A stretch of 61,621 bases of DNA from an uncultured bacterium. GTDB taxonomy: Bacteria; JAGOEH01. The DNA is taken from contig CAZWDO010000012.1 in NCBI GenBank assembly GCA_964632485.1, positions 62,001-123,621 on the forward strand. Direction: 5' to 3'. Under the pieces are notes generated by a model. The model was not told where the DNA came from, made no database searches, and worked only from the letters and a program-made list of their open reading frames with translations. This document shows, one piece after another, positions 27,346 through 36,126 of this stretch. Both the position numbers and the translations under genes were made by a program. Within the stretch, counting starts at the first letter, position 1. Each line of letters starts with the position of its first letter.

Positions 27346-29433
27346 TTATGGTTCGAAATAGTTGATTTTCATTGTCTTTCGTAAAAAAACCTTGTCTTCA
27401 TCATTGAAACTGGCAAACAAGCGAATAGCGGTTTCGATTGTTTTTTTCTGAATTGTGCAATAAAAAGCCGATTGGGTGGGGATAGAATCGCTACCTTTCA
27501 TGTTTTCATATAGGCAGCCTCCTCCGCAGAAATACCGCGCCCAACACGTACTGCAGGTTAGTATGGTATCTACCTGGCGGGAAAAATAAAAGTCACGGGC
27601 GGCCGGATCGAAATTTTCTATTATTCCCATTCCGTAATCTGGGTGGCCGATGAACCGATGGCATGGGTAAACATAGCCCTCCGTGTTGACAGAAAGGAGT
27701 CCTTTTCCCGCGCCGCAATAATAGTGACGTTTTTTCTTAGTTGCTAAAATGCTGAAAATTTTTTTAAAATCATTTTCGATTTGCCAATTACGGTTTTTAA
27801 TGGATAAATATATTTTACTAAATTGTCTCTCTATATCATCCAGAAGGGCGGTTAGCATTTCGTCGCTATTCAAAATCGTATTTAGTTGGGCGTATTTTTC
27901 TGTATTTTCTGTATCTACTGTATGGACCGGTGATGCGCGACGAATCTGAAATCGGTTGCAGCCGATGGTATAATGTTCCCGGCGAATGGCATCAATATCC
28001 GCTGTATCAGTTGCCAGCGTAGTTGTGATTTTGAAATTAGCGCCATATAAATCACGTAGAATAGCAATTGCTTTTTCAAGGTCGGGATGACTCGACGACC
28101 CATTCTTGTACTTTCGTTGCTGTTGTTGGAGATATCCATCATAGCTTAGATTTAGTTGGATTTTATTGTTTTTAAGCCATTTTGCTATTGCGTGAGTTAA
28201 TAGTGTCCCATTTGTGGTAACACCGAAAGATATTTTTTTCCCCCGATCTTTGGCTTTTTGTTGGCTATATTCAACGCACTTCTGAATGATAGGGAAATTC
28301 AGCAAGGGCTCGCCACCAAAGAAAGAGATGGCCAGAGCGTTTGTCGCTCCACTGTTGTCGATAAACCAGTCAATAATCTGATACGCTCGCTCCGTCGATA
28401 AATAACCCGCTTTTCCATATTCGCCTTCATCGCCATAACAATAGATACAGGCAAGGTTGCATGTTTGGCTGATATTGAGAATCAAATGAGCCGTCGGAAA
28501 AGGGATTTTTGGAAGCGATTGGCTGCGTTTTGAATCACTAATTAGTTCGAGACGTTCCAGCGCGTTGTATAAGGGACTATTCCTTGGAGGCAATTCGCCG
28601 CTATTTTTTAGTATATCCAACGCGGCGGCGAGTTGTTGATTGATAATAAAAATCGAAAGCCGCTCAATATTTAACAAATAGATTCCCTGATTATCATGAA
28701 AGTGATAAAATTCAGCCAATACGGTTTGCCTGCGTTTCGCTTTTTTTTTATATACCATAATGCGGTTTTCAAAGAGAATTTTTTCATAGCCGGCATCCTG
28801 TAATATTTGATGGTAAGTCAGGGGTTCAATCAACGGTATCGAATACTGGTTGGATACCCGGGTAATATATTCTTCGTAAAAAGGCCAATATCGTTCGAAT
28901 TCCCGGGCTAAATCGTGGCGAAGGGCAGTTTCGCGTAATCCCCTTTGGACGGTTGAAAATGTGTTGGGCTGGATTTCATAGATAGTTAACAACCCCTTGT
29001 GAGTTAAATGGGGTTTCAATTTTTTGAACAAGGATTTGATTGTTGTATAATCTCTTGATATAAGGTACAAAACCCGGATCATTAGTATAAAATCATAGGT
29101 AGCAAGCCGGGGCAAAGCATCTTCAATAGTGCTGTGAAAAAATTCAGTTTGGATTGGAAGTCTTCTTTGCGCTGCCTCAATCCAGCTCTGCGCAGGCTCT
29201 ACTATTGTTAGCGCAAGGTCGTGACGTCGGCGGCATAATTCCGCTGTCAGCGCTCCTGTTCCTCCTCCAATATCCAAGACACGGGCGTGAAAAGGAATTG
29301 TCCGACAAAGATATTCTAAAAAAGTTCGTTTTCTTTTTGAAAAAAAACAAGGCTGATTAAAAAAATCAAACGCTTCCTGATATTTGCGATAATCGCTAAA
29401 ATCCATACTAATTTTAAATCTGACAATCTTCAA
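27346..29433 (-). CDS. Class I methyltransferase-RRE-radical SAM/SPASM fusion peptide maturase
   Basis: VLDIGGGTG (SAM motif I); RRE-like YHFHDNQGIYLLNIERLSIFII; CNLACIYC; FFGGEPLLN; TTNGTLL; SPASM CGAG..YPCHRF..CSTCWARYFCGGGC..FYC. TTG start overlaps the precursor stop (alternative ATG 29406). Confidence 0.9.
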   Translation of the reverse strand: MKIVRFKISMDFSDYRKYQEAFDFFNQPCFFSKRKRTFLEYLCRTIPFHARVLDIGGGTGALTAELCRRRHDLALTIVEPAQSWIEAAQRRLPIQTEFFHSTIEDALPRLATYDFILMIRVLYLISRDYTTIKSLFKKLKPHLTHKGLLTIYEIQPNTFSTVQRGLRETALRHDLAREFERYWPFYEEYITRVSNQYSIPLIEPLTYHQILQDAGYEKILFENRIMVYKKKAKRRQTVLAEFYHFHDNQGIYLLNIERLSIFIINQQLAAALDILKNSGELPPRNSPLYNALERLELISDSKRSQSLPKIPFPTAHLILNISQTCNLACIYCYGDEGEYGKAGYLSTERAYQIIDWFIDNSGATNALAISFFGGEPLLNFPIIQKCVEYSQQKAKDRGKKISFGVTTNGTLLTHAIAKWLKNNKIQLNLSYDGYLQQQQRKYKNGSSSHPDLEKAIAILRDLYGANFKITTTLATDTADIDAIRREHYTIGCNRFQIRRASPVHTVDTENTEKYAQLNTILNSDEMLTALLDDIERQFSKIYLSIKNRNWQIENDFKKIFSILATKKKRHYYCGAGKGLLSVNTEGYVYPCHRFIGHPDYGMGIIENFDPAARDFYFSRQVDTILTCSTCWARYFCGGGCLYENMKGSDSIPTQSAFYCTIQKKTIETAIRLFASFNDEDKVFLRKTMKINYFEP

Positions 29434-29819
29434 AAGTCACAATAGACATCACATCCACAGTCAAGATAACACCCGCTGCCTGAATTGCTTCCTCCACCCG
29501 AACCTCCTCCATCGTTACTGCCACCGCCATCGCTACCCCCATTTCCTCCATCAATAACGATACCGGCGGCATTGATCATGTCCAGTTGGTTGTCCGAAAG
29601 CTCTACATCGGGATACTGTTCCGCGTTTAGTGGCAAAACAAGAAAAAATTGCTCAGACGTTTCTTCCAGTACATTGATATCCAACTGATCTGGCAGTTTG
29701 ACTTTTAATTCTTCTTCCAATACAATTTTGGGATTGCTTATCAATCTTCGCTTGAAATCGGGGTCATTTTGCGCTTTGTCAATAAGTTTATTTTCCAGGG
29801 AGTGTCGGTCAAATTTCAT
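29430..29819 (-). CDS. NHLP (nitrile hydratase-like leader) RiPP precursor peptide
   Basis: Leader LIDKAQNDPDFKRRLISNPKIVLEEEL...INVLEET...FLVLP...ELSDNQLDMINAAG; 43-aa core ending GCYLDCGCDVYCDF; SD AAGGAG before ATG 29819. Confidence 0.93.
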   Translation of the reverse strand: MKFDRHSLENKLIDKAQNDPDFKRRLISNPKIVLEEELKVKLPDQLDINVLEETSEQFFLVLPLNAEQYPDVELSDNQLDMINAAGIVIDGGNGGSDGGGSNDGGGSGGGSNSGSGCYLDCGCDVYCDF

Positions 29820-29926
29820 ACTATTTTCTCCTTTAGTGGTGTATTTAATCAAGTGTTTGCAAATGATGGAGTTCATACCAAATGCGGGGGCGCGGTTCGT
29901 AGTTTCATCATTTTGCGCTTAAGATA

Positions 29927-30020
29927 ATTATAATTAAAATCAGAAAAATGTCAATAAAAAAGATAGTACTCTATCAAATTAGTTTTTTTTCTTGACAAAG
30001 CATATAAAAAAAAGTAATTT
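29927..30020. promoter_or_regulatory. Divergent promoters of the RiPP cluster
   Basis: Minus strand TTGACA(29954)-16-TATAAT toward the precursor; plus strand TTGACA(29992)-17-TAATTT toward the transporters. Confidence 0.55.
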
Positions 30021-30068
30021 AGAGTTTACAACTGCGTTGATTATGAACAGGAACTGAAAGGAATCATT

Positions 30069-30893
30069 ATGAAAAGCTCTCCGCAACAGCTTTTCCGGCA
30101 ACAAGCCCTGCAGAAAGCTTCTTCTCCGGAACGTATTGATGAGATCATGCGCATAGTAAAACCACCGGGATGGATTGCGCTGATTCTTTTGTCGGTGATT
30201 GTTTTCCTGATAATATATTGGAGTATTTGGGGTGAATTGTCGGTAGAAGTTTCCGGACAGGGGATATTAGTGAGCGATGCTGGAATTATGAATATCGCGG
30301 CACAGCATAGTGGCGCTATTTTAGACATATACCCGCACGTGGGAGATTCTATTGAAATTGGGCAGACTGTGATTTTAATCGGTTTGAACGATTCGGTTGA
30401 GGTTGAGGAATATACCCGTTTTCCCGGCAAAGTGATTGAAATAACAGCTTCCCCCGGGAAAACGGTGGTTCAGGGGGAACCCGTTTTACTCCTTGAGGGT
30501 TTGGGAACGGATCTCAGCGCTATTGTTTTTGTCTCCCCGGACGATGGGAAAAAGATCATAAAGGGCATGCCGGTTTTTATCTCACCCTCATCCATCTCTT
30601 CTGATAGGTATGGTTTTCTGATGGGTAATGTAACTGAAGTTCCAGATTATCCAGCGTCTGCGCAATATATAATGAATCTGCTCGAAAATCCGGTATTGGT
30701 TTCACTTTTTTCTGCGCAGGGTCCTATGATTGTTGCACGGGTTGAGCTTGTTGCCGATACGAGTTTTCACAGCGGATATCGGTGGTCCCATTCGCGAGGC
30801 CCTGAAACGCCAATCACAACCGGGACGCTTTGCAGAGCTAAGATTCGTGTTGACACACAAGCTCCTATTTCATTCATCATTCCTTCTTTATAA
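30069..30893 (+). CDS. NHLP bacteriocin system secretion protein (HlyD-like, short form)
   Basis: LFRQQALQKASSPERID, TM helix, WSIWG, GQGIL, DGKKIIKGM, RYGFLMGNVTEVPDYP, SGYRWS, GTLC, QAPISFIIP (TIGR03794-like). Confidence 0.88.
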   Translation: MKSSPQQLFRQQALQKASSPERIDEIMRIVKPPGWIALILLSVIVFLIIYWSIWGELSVEVSGQGILVSDAGIMNIAAQHSGAILDIYPHVGDSIEIGQTVILIGLNDSVEVEEYTRFPGKVIEITASPGKTVVQGEPVLLLEGLGTDLSAIVFVSPDDGKKIIKGMPVFISPSSISSDRYGFLMGNVTEVPDYPASAQYIMNLLENPVLVSLFSAQGPMIVARVELVADTSFHSGYRWSHSRGPETPITTGTLCRAKIRVDTQAPISFIIPSL

Positions 30894-30904
30894 AAGGGTC
30901 GATA

Positions 30905-33097
30905 ATGCCTTCGCTCGCAGCTCCCCCCCCACGCCGGAAAAAGAGGGTTCATACGCCCACTGTCTTGCAGATGGAAGCGGTGGAATGTGGCGCCGCTTCG
31001 CTGGCAATGGTTTTGCATTATTATGATTGCCATATTACACTGGAAGAATTACGAGTGGAATGTGGGGTGTCCCGCGATGGCAGCAAAGCGGCAAATATTC
31101 TTAAAGCCGCCCGGAAATATGGACTGATCGCCAAAGGGTACCGCAAAGAACTCCAAGCGCTTTATGAAGTAAACCTCCCGGTTATTATTTTCTGGCAGTT
31201 CAGACATTTTTTAGTCCTGGACGGTTTCGATGCGCGTTTTTTCTATCTGAATGATCCTGCCTCTGGAAAACGACGGGTGAGCCATGAGGAATTTGATCAG
31301 AATTTCACGGGAATTGTATTGACTTTTAGTCTGACTCCTGATTTTAAAAAAGTCAAAGCCGATTCCAATTTATGGATTAATTTGGCCCAACGCTTTGTTG
31401 GCGCTAAATCCCCCTTTTTATTCATCCTTTGCTGCGGTATTTTACTGGTCGTACCAGAGATGGCCATCCCTGTTTTTTCACGGATTTTTGTTGATTATTA
31501 TCTGATTGCCGGAATAACCGGCTGGATCCGTCCATTACTCGGCGCTATGGTTTTGTTCGCTTTATTGAAAATGGTTTTATTATGGCTACGGGAAAAATAT
31601 TTACTGCGGATTGAAACGGTTCTTTCAGTTAGTAATTCTGCAGTATTCCTACAGCATCTATTACGGCTGCCCATGGTGTTTTTTTTTCAGCGAATGAGCG
31701 GCGATCTTGCTAATCGGTTAGCGATGATCAACCAGGTCGCGATGCTCCTTTCGCGACGGCTAATGGGACTGGCATTGAGTTTTTTTGTAATTCTGGTTTA
31801 TGGGGGAATTATGTTTTTTTATGACTGGGCGCTTGCGGTCATAAGTTTGATACTTGCTTCACTGAATTTTATTCTGTTATATTATTTTTCTCGTCGGGTT
31901 AAAGAAAGCAACATGGTTTTTTTGACTGAAATCAGCAAATTGAGCGGAATTACTATGAACGGAATTTACAATATTGAAACAATTAAAGCGACAGGCGCTG
32001 AAGCAGATTTTTTTGAAAAATGGTCGGGTTTCCTGACAAAAAGCAAGAATGCGTTCCAGCGAATGGGGCTGCAACTGCAAATATTGAGTGTATTACCGCA
32101 ATTGCTGGGCGCGTTATCAATGGCAGTTGTATTGGGTCTTGGCAGTTTAGCTGTTATGAATGGACGGATGACCCTTGGGATGTTGGTCGCGTTTCTAAGT
32201 ATGATGATCGGTATGATGGCGCCGATACAGGAATTTATTAATTTAACGGCTGAAATTCAATTTGTTAAGGGAAATGTAACTAAAATCAATGATATCCTGG
32301 ATTATCCGCCACAAATCCAGGTGTTTTCCCCGACAATGGAGGATTCGTTTCGAGGATTAGATAGAGGGCGTTCCCGTCTGGTCGGGGAAGTCGAATTCCG
32401 TCATATATCATTTGGTTATAACCATTTGGAATCTCCGTTGATACGTGATTTTAATCTTCATCTGACTCCGGGCGCGCGGGTAGCTTTAGTAGGTGCATCC
32501 GGCTCGGGTAAGTCGACAATTTCTAAACTTTTGCTGGGACTTTTTAAACCGTGGGAAGGGGATATCCTTTTGGACGGCCAGCCAATCAATGAGTTTGGCG
32601 CCGAAGTATTGAGCCATTCATTGACAATGGTGGATCAGGATATTTTTCTGTTTGAGGGAACGATTCGTGAAAATCTGACCTTGTGGAATCCACTTGTGCC
32701 TGACCAGGATTTAGTGCGGGCAGCCCGGGATGCTGAAATTCATGATGTGATTTCAGCCCGGCGCGGAGGATATAACAGCCCGATTAATGAAGGGGGCGCA
32801 AATTTTAGCGGCGGTCAACGTCAACGCCTTGAGATCACCCGCGCCCTCGCCCTCAATCCTCGGATAGTAGTGTTGGATGAAGCCACCAGCGCGCTTGACC
32901 CATTAACTGAAAAAAAAATTGATGATAATATCCGCCGTCGGGGGTGCACTATGTTAATAATCGCCCATCGATTGACGACTATCCGGGATTGTGATGAGAT
33001 TATTGTGCTCAGTGACGGCCTGATTGTCCAGCGTGGAACCCACAATGATCTGATCCGTATGGAGGGTCCCTATTCCCGATTGATTGCTATGGAGTAA
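30905..33097 (+). CDS. NHLP family ABC transporter, C39 peptidase/permease/ATPase
   Basis: QMEAVECGAASL, GVSRDGS, HFLVL, NDPASG; GASGSGKS; FSGGQRQR; LDEATSALD (TIGR03796-like). Confidence 0.95.
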   Translation: MPSLAAPPPRRKKRVHTPTVLQMEAVECGAASLAMVLHYYDCHITLEELRVECGVSRDGSKAANILKAARKYGLIAKGYRKELQALYEVNLPVIIFWQFRHFLVLDGFDARFFYLNDPASGKRRVSHEEFDQNFTGIVLTFSLTPDFKKVKADSNLWINLAQRFVGAKSPFLFILCCGILLVVPEMAIPVFSRIFVDYYLIAGITGWIRPLLGAMVLFALLKMVLLWLREKYLLRIETVLSVSNSAVFLQHLLRLPMVFFFQRMSGDLANRLAMINQVAMLLSRRLMGLALSFFVILVYGGIMFFYDWALAVISLILASLNFILLYYFSRRVKESNMVFLTEISKLSGITMNGIYNIETIKATGAEADFFEKWSGFLTKSKNAFQRMGLQLQILSVLPQLLGALSMAVVLGLGSLAVMNGRMTLGMLVAFLSMMIGMMAPIQEFINLTAEIQFVKGNVTKINDILDYPPQIQVFSPTMEDSFRGLDRGRSRLVGEVEFRHISFGYNHLESPLIRDFNLHLTPGARVALVGASGSGKSTISKLLLGLFKPWEGDILLDGQPINEFGAEVLSHSLTMVDQDIFLFEGTIRENLTLWNPLVPDQDLVRAARDAEIHDVISARRGGYNSPINEGGANFSGGQRQRLEITRALALNPRIVVLDEATSALDPLTEKKIDDNIRRRGCTMLIIAHRLTTIRDCDEIIVLSDGLIVQRGTHNDLIRMEGPYSRLIAME

Positions 33098-33101
33098 TTT
33101 A

Positions 33102-36017
33102 ATGCCACCCAATTTGCAACTTTTTAAGTATCTGCTTACTCAATCCGAAATCGTCGGTTCCGATAATCGAAATCCGATCACGATTGATGACCCGGATAAA
33201 ATTTTTTTAATTCAACAGGGCGCCGCTGATCTGTTTTGGGTTGATATGCCAACCGACGGAACACTTGCCGACCGTCATTTTTTATTTCGCTGCGATGAAC
33301 AGGGATTAATTATGCCTCTCCTGGGTGGTGATGGTCTCGGTTCTCAATTTCAAGTGAAGGTCGTTGGTGTAGGTAATTGCCGGATAGCTATATTGAGCGC
33401 GGATTTATTCTTCGGCGCAATTATTGATGAGAGATGGAAAAAAGATGCCGCTGCATTGATCGATCCGTGGATTGTCGCGCTCAATAACGCCCTCTCTCGG
33501 ACGATTATCCCCCGGCCTAAAGCGGTTAATATCCCGGAAGATACCGATCAATTTTTATTCGAGCCGCATATATTTTACTCTGCTCATCATGATATAGTCT
33601 GGTGTAGCCGTTTGCAAAACCAGGCGTTGGTTTTAGGCCTTGAATATTTGATAAGCGATCGGGAAATCCTTTTCCCCCTTACTCCCGCAAACTGGATCAC
33701 TGTCCAGCAACCCACGGAATCTTCCCTGTTTAAAACGGAGAATATTCTTGCCGATAGCGGATTACGGTATAGCATTCATACCTGGCATCAACTTTTTATA
33801 AGCTGTTTTGCAATGAATCTGACAATAGACCTGGTCGATGAAATTAATTATCTCAAAAATACGGCCCATTTTCGTTCGCAGTTGATGAAGAAGTCTATGT
33901 CTGATTTGACGACAATTTTGGACATGCCTCATCCAGCTTCGGCGTTCCATGATAACGACTCTCTGAAATGGGCATTTAGCCGGGTTTGCCAGGCAGCTCA
34001 TATCGATGTTATGATTCCTAAACATTTTGACTCTCAAAAATATGAAAATCCCCTGAAAGCATTGATAAATAGTCTTGATATCCGATATCGCAGAATTTAC
34101 GCCGATCACGACTGGTGGCGATTTGATCATGGTCCGTTGCTGGCTTTTTTAAAAGAAGATTCGCGGCCTGTAGCCATTGTTCCTTCTTCTTTAGGCCAAT
34201 ATGAACTCTGTATCCAGGGCGAACTCCGGGCGTATCGGTTAACCCGGGTAACGGCTGAACTCCTTGCCCCTGCCATGTACCAGTTCTATCGCACCTTCTC
34301 GTTGCAAAAAATAGGGATTGTCGAACTTTTCAAATTCAGTATTCGCGGATTTGCCCATGATTTTCAACTGATTCTCGGATTAGGTACGTTGGGGGGATGG
34401 CTGAGTGTTTTAACTCCTTTTCTTTTTGGGATCGTTTATGATCATCTGATTCCTTCCGCCGAGCGCTCTCAACTTTTAATAGTAGTTTTAGCATTGATCC
34501 TCGGGGGAGTTTCCTCTGCGATTTTTCAGATTATCCGAAGTATGTTTATGATGAGGGTTGAATATGTTTCTGATATTTCGTTGCAAACTGCAATCATGGA
34601 TCGGATTTTAAAATTACCGGCATATTTTTTCCGCGATTACAGCGCGGGAAATCTGGCTACTCGCGCCAACGCCATTAATACAATCCGTCAATTAGCCGCT
34701 GGAACAACGATAACAACTATCCTGAATTCACTTTTCGCCGGGTATTATTTTTTTCTGCTCTATTATTATTCTCCCGGATTGATCGGTTGGTCGGTTTTTT
34801 TGATTCTCACCGGAATGTTAATCCGGGCATTGTTTGGCTGGAGACAAATTAAATATATGCGCGCAACTCAGGAGTTGCTTCAGAAGCATCAGGGATTTAT
34901 CTTTCAACTAATCAACGGAATCGCAAAGATTCGCGCTTCAAATGCCCATCAAAATGCTTTTTCCGTTTGGGCAGCGCTTTTCCACAGATTGCGGACGGAG
35001 GCCTGTCAGGCTGCCAAAATCCAAAATATAAGCGGAATATTCTTCGCCCTTTTTCCCTTGCTCACTTCGATTGTCCTGTTTTATCAAATCAGCCGCATTT
35101 ATCATAGCAGCGAACTCTCGACCGGTATCATCCTGGCTTTTATCACCGGATTCAATATTTTGATTGCTTCATTTCTTCAAATTGTGGCGTCTTTTCAACA
35201 ATTATTGCAGGCGATTCCTCTATATGAATCTGCCCGGCCAATATTGGAAACCCTGCCAGAGTCCACCGATGAAAAAATGATAATCGACCATTTAAACGGC
35301 GAAATTGAAATCTCTCATATTAATTTCAGATATCATCCGGACTTTCCGGTTGTCTTGGATGATATCAATCTGCATATTTTCCCGGGGGAATTTGTTGCGT
35401 TCGTGGGTTCTTCAGGTTCGGGTAAATCTACCTTGTTCCGTCTTCTACTGGGGTTTGAAAAACCGGTATCCGGTTCGATCTATTATGACGGTGTGGATAT
35501 GGAAAAAATTGATACAACGTCATTACGACGTCAAATGGGAGTAGTTTTGCAAAGCAGTCGATTGTTAAGCGGTTCGATTCTGGATAATTTGATCGGGGCG
35601 GCTCCTGATTTGACTCTGGAAGATGCCTTGTTAGCTGTAAAAATGGCCGGGTTGGCCGAAGATATTGAAAAAATGCCGATGGGAATGCAAACACTGATCA
35701 TGGAAGGTGGAGGCGCTTTTTCCGGGGGCCAGCGTCAACGTCTAATGATCGCCCGCGCGATTATCCAACGTCCCCGGATTATCCTGATGGACGAAGCAAC
35801 CAGCGCTCTCGATAACCGGACCCAGGAGATCGTTAGCGAATCGTTGGCCGGATTGCATTGCACTCGCATTGTCATCGCCCATCGCCTGAGCAGCATTATC
35901 AAAGCAGATAAAATATTTGTCATGCAAAATGGTCGAATTATCGAAACCGGTAATTATGAGCAATTGATGCTCAATAAAGGCTCATTTTACAAATTAGCTA
36001 TGCGGCAACAGGTATAG
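33102..36017 (+). CDS. NHLP bacteriocin ABC transporter permease/ATPase (second subunit)
   Basis: WWRFDHGPLLAFL, YQFYR, GSSGSGKS, FSGGQRQRL, DEATSALDNRTQ (TIGR03797-like); start ATG 33102. Confidence 0.93.
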   Translation: MPPNLQLFKYLLTQSEIVGSDNRNPITIDDPDKIFLIQQGAADLFWVDMPTDGTLADRHFLFRCDEQGLIMPLLGGDGLGSQFQVKVVGVGNCRIAILSADLFFGAIIDERWKKDAAALIDPWIVALNNALSRTIIPRPKAVNIPEDTDQFLFEPHIFYSAHHDIVWCSRLQNQALVLGLEYLISDREILFPLTPANWITVQQPTESSLFKTENILADSGLRYSIHTWHQLFISCFAMNLTIDLVDEINYLKNTAHFRSQLMKKSMSDLTTILDMPHPASAFHDNDSLKWAFSRVCQAAHIDVMIPKHFDSQKYENPLKALINSLDIRYRRIYADHDWWRFDHGPLLAFLKEDSRPVAIVPSSLGQYELCIQGELRAYRLTRVTAELLAPAMYQFYRTFSLQKIGIVELFKFSIRGFAHDFQLILGLGTLGGWLSVLTPFLFGIVYDHLIPSAERSQLLIVVLALILGGVSSAIFQIIRSMFMMRVEYVSDISLQTAIMDRILKLPAYFFRDYSAGNLATRANAINTIRQLAAGTTITTILNSLFAGYYFFLLYYYSPGLIGWSVFLILTGMLIRALFGWRQIKYMRATQELLQKHQGFIFQLINGIAKIRASNAHQNAFSVWAALFHRLRTEACQAAKIQNISGIFFALFPLLTSIVLFYQISRIYHSSELSTGIILAFITGFNILIASFLQIVASFQQLLQAIPLYESARPILETLPESTDEKMIIDHLNGEIEISHINFRYHPDFPVVLDDINLHIFPGEFVAFVGSSGSGKSTLFRLLLGFEKPVSGSIYYDGVDMEKIDTTSLRRQMGVVLQSSRLLSGSILDNLIGAAPDLTLEDALLAVKMAGLAEDIEKMPMGMQTLIMEGGGAFSGGQRQRLMIARAIIQRPRIILMDEATSALDNRTQEIVSESLAGLHCTRIVIAHRLSSIIKADKIFVMQNGRIIETGNYEQLMLNKGSFYKLAMRQQV

Positions 36018-36126
36018 GGTCTAAATTTAAAATGATTGGAATCAGCCTTGCAAAAAAATGAAAATGATTGCAAGATAATGGTTTGTTTGATATTCGTACT
36101 CTTAATAACAGTTTAAGGAGGAATCC

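Noticed and set aside
29820-29876. Longer N-terminus of the precursor given in the ORF track
   Set aside because: A strong SD (AAGGAG) precedes ATG 29819, and NHLP homology starts there.
29485-29922. Plus-strand ORFs opposite the precursor
   Set aside because: Antisense shadows of the Gly-rich core and leader.
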